A stretch of 36,636 nucleotides of DNA, taken from contig CAWVXU010000019.1 of the NCBI GenBank assembly GCA_963934255.1, positions 1 through 36,636 on the forward strand, read 5' to 3'. The notes beneath the pieces are model-generated. The model was not told the origin of the DNA. It searched no databases and saw nothing but the letters and a program-made list of their open reading frames with translations. How positions within the stretch are numbered: the first letter of the stretch is position 1; every line of letters begins with the position of its first letter. Source of the DNA: an uncultured Fibrobacterales bacterium. GTDB lineage: Bacteria; Fibrobacterota; Fibrobacteria; Fibrobacterales; CAWVXU01. Positions 18,268-26,800 of this stretch are shown in pieces. Made by a program: the position numbers and the translations under genes.

Positions 18268-19230
18268 TTATTTAATGCCATTATTTTTTTTAAACCATTT
18301 ATGGAAATTTCTAACTCCAAGTTTAATATTAGTCTCAGGTGTGCATTGTAGTTTTTCATTCGCTTTTCTTATACAGGCATGCGTATTAATTACGTCTCCT
18401 AATTGAACATCCATATAATTTCGGTTGAGAGGAAATCCTAATTCCTGCTCTACCATATCAAGAAGTTTATTGACTGAAACGGGACTTCCACTTCCAATAT
18501 TGATGATTTCGTATAAGTAATTTTTATCTAACGATATTTTTATAGCCTTGACCAATGATTGAGTTACGTCATTGATATGTGTAAAATCTCTTGTTTGATG
18601 TCCATCACCATAAATGGGTAGGTTCTTTCTATCGTAACCAGCCTTGAATGCTTCATGTATAAGCATTCCATTTCGCTGGTTTTCTCCATAAACACTAAAA
18701 AACCTTAAATTCAATACTTTAAATCCAAAATTTAAATAATAGGTATAGTTCAACTCTTCAATAACCTTCTTAGAAGTAGCATATGGAGATAATTGTTGAT
18801 TACAAGGGTCCGTCTCACTCTGTGTGGAGGTACTTTCACCATAGACTGAGGAAGAAGATGCAAATATTAATGATTTAACACCTGCTATTTTCATTTCTTC
18901 TAAAACATTAACAGAACCAGTTACGTTAACATCAATATATTCTTTAATATTAGAAATAGACTCTCTCACCCCACCCTTTCCAGCAAGGTGAATAACAATA
19001 TCAAAATTATACTTATTAAAAACTTTTCTCAAAAAAGCAACATCTCTAATGTCGCCAATTTCGATTGAAAAATTTTTGTGATGACAAAATTGTTCTTTAA
19101 TCGTTTTGACTCTTGCGCTAGACTGACCGAAATTATCTAGACAAATAACATGATAGTCTAATGTTACTAGTCTATTACATAATGCGGAGCCAATGAACCC
19201 AGCGCCGCCTGTTACTAATATTGATATCAT
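18268..19230 (-). CDS. NAD-dependent nucleotide-sugar epimerase/dehydratase (UDP-glucuronate 4-epimerase-like)
   Basis: LVTGGAGFIGS, HLAGKGGVRES, ASSSSVYG, SPYATSK (YxxxK), LRFFSVYG, RDFTHINDV. Start taken at ATG 19230. Confidence 0.9.
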   Translation of the reverse strand: MISILVTGGAGFIGSALCNRLVTLDYHVICLDNFGQSSARVKTIKEQFCHHKNFSIEIGDIRDVAFLRKVFNKYNFDIVIHLAGKGGVRESISNIKEYIDVNVTGSVNVLEEMKIAGVKSLIFASSSSVYGESTSTQSETDPCNQQLSPYATSKKVIEELNYTYYLNFGFKVLNLRFFSVYGENQRNGMLIHEAFKAGYDRKNLPIYGDGHQTRDFTHINDVTQSLVKAIKISLDKNYLYEIINIGSGSPVSVNKLLDMVEQELGFPLNRNYMDVQLGDVINTHACIRKANEKLQCTPETNIKLGVRNFHKWFKKNNGIK

Positions 19231-19269
19231 TGGTTTTTCCCGAAACAATGATAATTTGGTTTCATTTGA

Positions 19270-20733
19270 TTAAGCCTCATAGCTCCCACTTCTCACATTC
19301 ATCCCAGCTCCAATCCAATCCGTATGAAACCATTCACCTTTGGGCTTATCAACACGCTCATAGGTGTGTGCACCAAAGAAATCTCTCTGAGCTTGTAATA
19401 AGTTAGCAGGAAGTCTTGCACGACGATAGCCATCAAAGAAGGCTAAAGCAGTGGAGAACGCAGGAACAGGTATTCCATTGAGAGTCGCTTCTGCAATGAC
19501 TTTTCTCCATGATAGTGAACAGCGTTGAATTTCTTTTTGGAAGAAACTATCAAGCAGCAAATTTTGAAGTTCTGGGTTTTTATCAAAAGCGACTTTAATG
19601 TCGGATAGGAATCTTGAACGAATGATGCAACCACCACGCCACATCAGAGCGATGCCACCATAGTTTAAGTTCCAATTATGTTCTTTAGCAGCCTCTCTAA
19701 GAAGCATATAACCTTGAGCATAAGAAATGATTTTAGACGCATAAAGTGCTTCTTTAATCATCGGTACAAACTGCATAGACTCACCAAATTCTGATGCGTA
19801 AGTCTGCTCAGGACCTTTTAATGTTTCTGCTGCGATGACACGCTCTTCTTTGAGTGAAGAAAGGCAACGACTAAAAACAGCCTCACCAATAAGTGTCACA
19901 GGGATGCCAAGTTCAAGACAGGAATCAACCGTCCATTTACCTGTACCTTTTTGGCCAGCGCGATCCATAACCTTGCGAACAAGTGGTAACCCATCTTCAT
20001 CTTTATAAGCCAAGATCTTAGCGGTAATTTCAATGAGGTAGGAATCTAACTCTTCACCATTCCACTGGTTAAATATATCAGCCATTTGGTCTTCGTTTAA
20101 GCCAAGGTATTCTTCCATCAACTGGTAGGCTTCGCAGATCAGTTGCATGTCGCCATATTCTATACCGTTGTGTACCATTTTCACATAATGACCAGCACCA
20201 CCTTCGCCCACCCATTCACAACAAGGTTCTCCATCTACTTTAGCTGCGACTGCTTGGAAAATTTCTTTCACAAGTGGCCATGCTTCTGGGTGCCCACCAG
20301 GCATCATTGAAGGCCCGTGTCTAGCTCCCTCTTCACCGCCAGATATTCCTGACCCAACAAATAAGAAACCCTCTTTCTTCAATTCTTTAGCGCGACGTTC
20401 GGTGTCAGGCCAATGAGAGTTACCTAGGTCGATAATAACATCGCCTTTTTCGAGCAGAGGCTTGATTTGTGCGATAACTGAGTCTACAGCAGGCCCTGCT
20501 TTGACTAGGATAGTCACTTTGCGCGGACGTTTTAAACTTTTAATTAGTTTTTCAAGATTATGGAAACCTTGTACTTGAGTCCCTTTGGCTGGTCCTTCGA
20601 TAAACGAATCGGTCGTTTCAGATGTTCTGTTGTAGACAGCTACATTGTAGCCGTTATCGTTCATATTGAGTACTAAATTTTGACCCATGACTGCTAGGCC
20701 AATTAGTGCAATATCGTTTTGTGCTTCTGACAT
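19270..20733 (-). CDS. gnd: 6-phosphogluconate dehydrogenase, decarboxylating
   Basis: IGLAVMGQNL, SGGEEGARHGPS, VKMVHNGIEYGDMQ, QKGTGKWT, WRGGCIIRS, QAQRDFFGAHTY. AGGAG SD. Confidence 0.98.
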   Translation of the reverse strand: MSEAQNDIALIGLAVMGQNLVLNMNDNGYNVAVYNRTSETTDSFIEGPAKGTQVQGFHNLEKLIKSLKRPRKVTILVKAGPAVDSVIAQIKPLLEKGDVIIDLGNSHWPDTERRAKELKKEGFLFVGSGISGGEEGARHGPSMMPGGHPEAWPLVKEIFQAVAAKVDGEPCCEWVGEGGAGHYVKMVHNGIEYGDMQLICEAYQLMEEYLGLNEDQMADIFNQWNGEELDSYLIEITAKILAYKDEDGLPLVRKVMDRAGQKGTGKWTVDSCLELGIPVTLIGEAVFSRCLSSLKEERVIAAETLKGPEQTYASEFGESMQFVPMIKEALYASKIISYAQGYMLLREAAKEHNWNLNYGGIALMWRGGCIIRSRFLSDIKVAFDKNPELQNLLLDSFFQKEIQRCSLSWRKVIAEATLNGIPVPAFSTALAFFDGYRRARLPANLLQAQRDFFGAHTYERVDKPKGEWFHTDWIGAGMNVRSGSYEA

Positions 20734-20788
20734 AATAATCTCCTGAATAAGATTTAAATCTTAAATCTTAATGTTTAAATTTCAAACC

Positions 20789-21553
20789 TTATTTGTTGCT
20801 CGGCAACTTCATCGCTGCTTTATCATCCATCCACCATTCGAGATTTTTATTTTCAACTCGAGCTGCAGGGTAATGGATGTGATTTTCTCTATCTGTAAAT
20901 ATTTCAAGAAGGCGCTCTTGCTTATTAAAGCCAGTTACCAAAAATGTAACACGTTTAGCGGCGTTAATTGTCTTAAGAGTAAGGGAAACTCTTACTTGTT
21001 CACTTACTGGATGAGTAGCGGCAATTGTTGGCTCTGATGATTCTAAATCAGCACCACCAGGGAATAGGGAAGCGGTATGTCCGTCATCTCCCATCCCGAG
21101 TATCACCCAGTCATACACTGGAAAAGAATCAACGACTGGTATAATATTTTTCATTTCATTTCCGTAGGTGATTACTTCATTATCAATGTCATTTTCACCA
21201 TTCACGGGATGAAGTCTATCATGAGAAAATTCAATTTTTGAAAACAAAATTTTATACGCTTCGCCATAATTTGACTCATCTGATGAATGAGGGACCATAC
21301 GCTCATCACCCCACCAGAAATGCAAATACTCCCACTTGATAGAATCTTTATAGTGAGGTTGAACCAATGTTAAAAATAAAATTTTGGGAGTCGAACCACC
21401 AGAAAGTGAAATGTGAAATGGTTGATTTTCACTCTCAGCTCGAAGGGAGGCTTTTAAAACCTCTTCAGCTAATGACTCTGCTAATATGGGAGCATTATCA
21501 AATTTTCGGATTGTGTATTTATTGTCTGTAGTGTTTAAATGTTTATAGTTCAC
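20789..21553 (-). CDS. pgl: 6-phosphogluconolactonase
   Basis: LSGGSTP, WGDERMVP, SNY, LGMGDDGHTASLFP, RVSLT, YPA. Likely GTG start at 21553 with GGAGA SD inside the zwf 3' end; the track ORF is over-extended. Confidence 0.93.
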   Translation of the reverse strand: MNYKHLNTTDNKYTIRKFDNAPILAESLAEEVLKASLRAESENQPFHISLSGGSTPKILFLTLVQPHYKDSIKWEYLHFWWGDERMVPHSSDESNYGEAYKILFSKIEFSHDRLHPVNGENDIDNEVITYGNEMKNIIPVVDSFPVYDWVILGMGDDGHTASLFPGGADLESSEPTIAATHPVSEQVRVSLTLKTINAAKRVTFLVTGFNKQERLLEIFTDRENHIHYPAARVENKNLEWWMDDKAAMKLPSNK

Positions 21554-23057
21554 AATAGTCTCCATCGTTGACCAAATTCTTACACGGCTTACGCCATTCA
21601 AAGTTTCTTTTTTTGAGTAAGTCTTCTGCTTCTTTAGGCCCCCAAGTACCAGCAGGATAACCAAATATTTTGCCTTGACCTTTTTCCCAATGAGAGATGA
21701 TAGGATCAACAAAGTCCCAACAAGCTTCGACCATATCTCCACGAGCATATAATGTTGGGTCACCCATGATACAATCAAGTAAGAGACGTTCATAAGCTTC
21801 AGGTAAGCGAGTATCAGAAAGGTCAGAATAATGAAAATCCATATTCACATTTTGAACTTTAAAACCTGAGCCAGGTTGTTTCATTCCAAACTTAAGCAAT
21901 ATGCCCTCATTAGGTTGTATGCGAAGAAGTAATTGATTATGGACCATATTGTCTTCAGCAGAAATCCCCAAAACTGGAAAAGCATTTTGCTTGAAATGCA
22001 GGACTATCTCTGTGACTCTAGTGGGTAAGTGTTTTCCTGTGCGAATATAAAATGGTACACCACTCCAACGAAGATTGTCTATGTAGGTTTCCATAGCAAC
22101 ATACGTTTCGGCACGAGAATCTTTCGGTACGCCTTTTTCTTGACGATAGCCTTTCTGAGATTTGCCTTTAATTTTAGAAGCAGTGTATTGACCAAAGACA
22201 ACTTTACTTTCAATATTTTCACGGAGGGGGCGCATTGACTGGATAACTTTTAATGTTTCATTACGCACAGAGGGCGCGTCAAATTTGACAGGCGCTTCCA
22301 TTGCGACCATTCCGAGTAATTGCAATAAATGGTTTTGCAACATATCTCGTAGTGCTCCAGCTTTGTCGTAGTAGCCGCCGCGTCCTTCCACTCCGAGCGA
22401 TTCAGCCCCAGTCACTTCAACGTAAGCAATGTGTTTATTATTCCAAAGAGGTTCAAAAAAATCATTGGCGAACCTAAATACGAGCAAGTTTTGTACAGTT
22501 TCTTTACCGAGATAATGGTCAATCCGATAGAGTTGATTCTCATGATAATTTGAAAGCAGTTTCTTGTTTAAACTTTGTGCAGAAACAATGTCAGTTCCAA
22601 ATGGCTTTTCAATAATGAGGCGCTTCCAACCTTTATCTTGATTATGCAGTCCGTGTTTGGCAAGTATAGATGGGATAATAGGGTAAAGAGAAGGGGGAGT
22701 TGCTAAGTAAAAAATGGTATTTCCATTTGATTCAATCTCAACTTCAACTTCTTCCATTCTTTGTTTGAGCTTCAAGTAATCTTGTGAATCAGACGTATTT
22801 AAGCTTAAATACTCTGTATGAGCTAAGAATTCATTAACACTAGGCGAACTAGGTTTTTCCATAGGCGTCAAAAACTCACGACACTGATCATGAAAGTCCA
22901 GATCACTTAATTTTGAACGACTTGCGCCTAAGACTTTGAATTTTATGGGTAATAGTTCAAATTGGAAAAGTGAATAGAGTGCAGGCATTAGCTTTCTTTT
23001 GGTCAAATCTCCGGATGCACCAAAAATCACTAACAAACAATTTTCAGGATTTTGCAT
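21543..23057 (-). CDS. zwf: Glucose-6-phosphate 1-dehydrogenase
   Basis: GASGDLTKRKL, EKPFG, RIDHYLGKE, RDMLQNHL, RWSGVPFYIRTGK, EAYERLL. Confidence 0.98.
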   Translation of the reverse strand: MQNPENCLLVIFGASGDLTKRKLMPALYSLFQFELLPIKFKVLGASRSKLSDLDFHDQCREFLTPMEKPSSPSVNEFLAHTEYLSLNTSDSQDYLKLKQRMEEVEVEIESNGNTIFYLATPPSLYPIIPSILAKHGLHNQDKGWKRLIIEKPFGTDIVSAQSLNKKLLSNYHENQLYRIDHYLGKETVQNLLVFRFANDFFEPLWNNKHIAYVEVTGAESLGVEGRGGYYDKAGALRDMLQNHLLQLLGMVAMEAPVKFDAPSVRNETLKVIQSMRPLRENIESKVVFGQYTASKIKGKSQKGYRQEKGVPKDSRAETYVAMETYIDNLRWSGVPFYIRTGKHLPTRVTEIVLHFKQNAFPVLGISAEDNMVHNQLLLRIQPNEGILLKFGMKQPGSGFKVQNVNMDFHYSDLSDTRLPEAYERLLLDCIMGDPTLYARGDMVEACWDFVDPIISHWEKGQGKIFGYPAGTWGPKEAEDLLKKRNFEWRKPCKNLVNDGDYCEL

Positions 23058-23107
23058 ATTTGAGCTCCGTGTTCAAGTTTTACTCTTTAAATTAGAAAAA
23101 ATATCCC

Positions 23108-23695
23108 ATGAGCTTCTCAAAGACTAACCCAAGATTTTGTCCAAAATGTAGATTAGCGAAAATACACTGTGTTTGTGAATATTTTGAGTTGTTTGACAAT
23201 GACAATCATTTGTGGCTTTTTCAAGATCCAAGAGAGAAAAAGAAAAAGAACAACACCGGTTACTGGGCCACGCAATTTTTGTCAAATTATTCCTACGAAG
23301 ATGAAAATTTAGACGGATTATTCTCAAAGCTCAACAAAATCAACCCCGAAAAAGTTGGAATACTTTTACCGCACAACAATTCTATTGAACTAAATGAAAA
23401 GAATTGGGGAAACCGAAGTGAATTAGTTGTCCTTGATGGAACTTGGTCTCATGTACAGAAATTACTGAAAACTTATGATTTTGATGAAAACCACCAATTT
23501 TACCATATAAGTGGTTTGAAATCATCATTTGAGATAAGAAAACCACCTTTTGAAGGTGCAATATCGACTTTAAATGCCATTTCTCATTTCTACAAAACTA
23601 TTGAGAATTTTGAGGAATTGGAGATAAAAGTCCAATCATTGCTTCAGAACCGTATAAAAATTTGGAAAAACGCCAAAGTTAAGAAGAAAGACTGA
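23108..23695 (+). CDS. DTW-domain protein, tRNA-uridine aminocarboxypropyltransferase (TapT-like)
   Basis: N-terminal CPKC...CVC, E...NTG, VLDGTW, IRK, IST. Confidence 0.85.
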   Translation: MSFSKTNPRFCPKCRLAKIHCVCEYFELFDNDNHLWLFQDPREKKKKNNTGYWATQFLSNYSYEDENLDGLFSKLNKINPEKVGILLPHNNSIELNEKNWGNRSELVVLDGTWSHVQKLLKTYDFDENHQFYHISGLKSSFEIRKPPFEGAISTLNAISHFYKTIENFEELEIKVQSLLQNRIKIWKNAKVKKKD

Positions 23696-23880
23696 ATTTT
23701 TGAAAGCGCTCAACTTGTTATAAAAGAATGAGTTACAAGGGTTTCTAAAACAATGGAGTGGCCCCATCATTTGCGTTATTTGAAATTAAAATATAGTTTG
23801 GAACAGAATTGGAGGAGGTCTATCTTTGGGTAGTCGTCCTTTTTGGAATTTTAAAAAAATCATCCTTTGGGGGATATTGC

Positions 23881-26800
23881 GTGAAGTATTCTAAATCTTC
23901 TGCTTTTGGCGTCTTTTTGGCGTCTATGCTACCTATATACACTGCATCAAACCTATTTGCTGCCGAAACTAAAACTCAGCCACCTGCTGCTCAATCAGTT
24001 GCTATCAATGCACCTATTATTGACGCTCTCGATGCTCAAGAAATTGAAGAAGGCGCTAAATTTAGTGACATTAAACTAAAAGGTTTTGTGACTGACGAAG
24101 ATCACAAATTTAGTGAGTTAAAATTTACTGTCTCAGGCAATAAAGCGTTAGTTGCAAGCGTCGCTGGCGGAAAGTTAAAAGTCAAAACGCCCAATAAAAA
24201 CTGGAATGGTGTTGAAACCATTGTTGTTACTGTGAAAGATCCAACCGGTCTTAGTGCTAATACATCTGTAGCATACACCGTAGCACCAGTTAATGATGCT
24301 CCAAAGATTAAAAAAGTTAAAGGTCAGAAGATTAAAGAAGGCAAAGAGTTTAAAGAAATTAAACTTGACGATTTTATCACTGACGAGGACCATAAGCATA
24401 CTGAGATCACTTGGTCTGCTGAGGTAGAATCCGTTAAAGGTTTCCGCGATGAAGAGTTGAGTATCGTAATTAACGAAAACCGTATTGCTAAAATTACTGT
24501 CCCTCATGTTGACTGGTATGGGCTTGCTAAAGTCACATTCCTAGCTGCCGATGGTGATGGTGCAGAAGTTTCATCGATGGCAACTTTTGAAGTGACCTCA
24601 GTCAACGATGCGCCGGTTATGAAGAAAATACCTGCACAGAAAATAACTGAAGGTAGTGAATTTGAGGAAGTTTCGCTTGAAGAGTACGTCACTGATGCTG
24701 ATCATGACCTTGAAAAATTAAAATTCAAAGTATCCGGAGCTAAAGAGCTCAAAGTTAGCCTTGACAAGTCTTCTAATACTCTATCAATTCAAGTTCCCAA
24801 TGAAGATTGGGCTGGCAAAGAGGAAAGACTTAAAATTGAAGTTACCGATCCCGAGGGTGGCAAAGACAAATCCATCATCGTTCTCAATGTAACTGGTGTA
24901 AATGATGAACCAGAAATTGGCGAAGTTCAGTCTCAAGAAATTAAAGAAGGTGGACAGTTTAAATCCATCAACCTTGAAAAACTTGTCAAGGACAAAGATC
25001 ATAGCGCCAAACAACTAAAATGGTCATTCCGCGGGAACAAAGATTTGACGATTCAAATTGGACCCGACCTAAAAGCCAAAATAAAACAACCAAGCGAAAA
25101 TTGGCATGGTGAGGAAAACATTACGTTCACCGTAACTGACCCCGCAGGTGCTCGCGCAGAGACTGAAGCAACATTCTTGGTTGAATCAATTAATGATCAG
25201 CCTGTTGTAGAAAAAAAGATTAAAGGTCAAAAAATTAAAGAGGGTGGACAATTTAAAATTGTTAACCTAGACGAGCTTATTAAAGATTCCGACCATAAAG
25301 ACTCTGAAATCTCTTGGGAAGTTGAGCTTGCTACAACTACTAAGAACGACAAAGGTACTGAGCTTGAATCAGTACTCGATTCAAAACGTCAACTATCTAT
25401 TAAAATTCCAGATGTTGACTACTATGGTGCTGCTAAGTTGAAACTAATTGCTACTGACCCTGATGGAGCTTCAATTACTCAGTCTGCAATATTTGAGGTT
25501 CAATCAGTCAATGACCTCCCTTTAATGGCAGCGATTGCCAATCAAAAAGTTGATGAAGGTGGATCATTTGAATCTATTGATCTTTCAAATTATGTGACAG
25601 ATAAAGATCACAGTGCTTCGAAAATGAAGTTTGAAGCTAAGGGTAATAAGAAACTAAAGGTCAACATTACTGGTTCTGTGGCAACGGTAAAAGCGCCTAA
25701 TTCTGATTTTTCTGGGCCTGCAGAAAAAATCATATTTACGGCTATTGACCCTGCTGGTGGCAAAGCAAAAATGGAGGTTTCATTTCAAATGGTACCTGTA
25801 AATGATGCACCGGTACTCAAGTCAATCAAGGGACAAACGATTAAAGAAGGACAAAGTTTTACTGACTTGGATTTAGAATCACTCGTTTCGGATAAAGATG
25901 ATAAATACAATCGATTAAAATGGTCATTCTCTGGAATTAAAAACCTCAAGATTAAAGTTTCAGGTAAAAAAGCCAAAGTGACTATTCCTCACAAAAATTG
26001 GCACGGAACAGAAACAATTACAGCTAAGGTAACGGATGCCGCTGATGCAAGTGCTGAGACTACATTCACATTAACGGTGAAGTCCGTCAATGATATCCCA
26101 GTCTTTAAATCAGTTAAAGGTCAAAAAATCAAAGAAGGTGCCAAATTTACGACAGTTGACCTTCGCAAATTATCTAGTGATGCCGATCACAGCTTCGATG
26201 AGCTTAAATGGAGTGCTCAGGTGATTTCTAAGCCTAAGAAAAGAAAAAAATCAAAAGTTAAAGGTCCTGATGTTATCATCAATGACGCTGGTGTAGCTCA
26301 AATTATGCTTCCTAGTATTGAATACTCGGGTAACTTTGATGTAAAATTCTCTGTGAAAGACCCTTCTGGTGGTGTCGCATCTCAGACAGCTAATTTTGAT
26401 GTAAAGTCAGTGAATGACCTCCCTAAATTATCAGGTTTTACGAGTCAAACGGTGAAAGAGGGAGGCAAGTTCAAATCAATTAGCCTAAATGATAAAGTGA
26501 CTGACGCAGATCATTCATCAAGTAAAATCAAATGGTCTTTCACAGGTAATAAGAAATTAAAAGTTTCTATTGATAAAAAGAAAAACTTCATTGTGCAAAC
26601 TCCTTCAATTGAGTGGGCAGGACAAGAGACTATTGAATTAACTGCAAAAGACCCTGAAGGTGGTAAAGCAAAAATCCAACTGAAGTATACTATGACCGAA
26701 GTCAATGATCTTCCTATCATATCTAAAAAATTAAAAGGTCAGTCTATTAATGAAGGTGCTTCTTTTGCCGACATCAAACTTGACCAATTCGTAAATGATG

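Noticed and set aside
20748..20763. Perfect 16-bp palindrome TAAGATTTAAATCTTA between pgl and gnd
   Set aside because: Very AT-rich, single occurrence and part of a local AAATCTT duplication; no function can be supported.
21554..21793. 80-codon N-terminal extension of pgl in the ORF track
   Set aside because: It lies wholly inside zwf; a GTG with a good SD exists at 21553.
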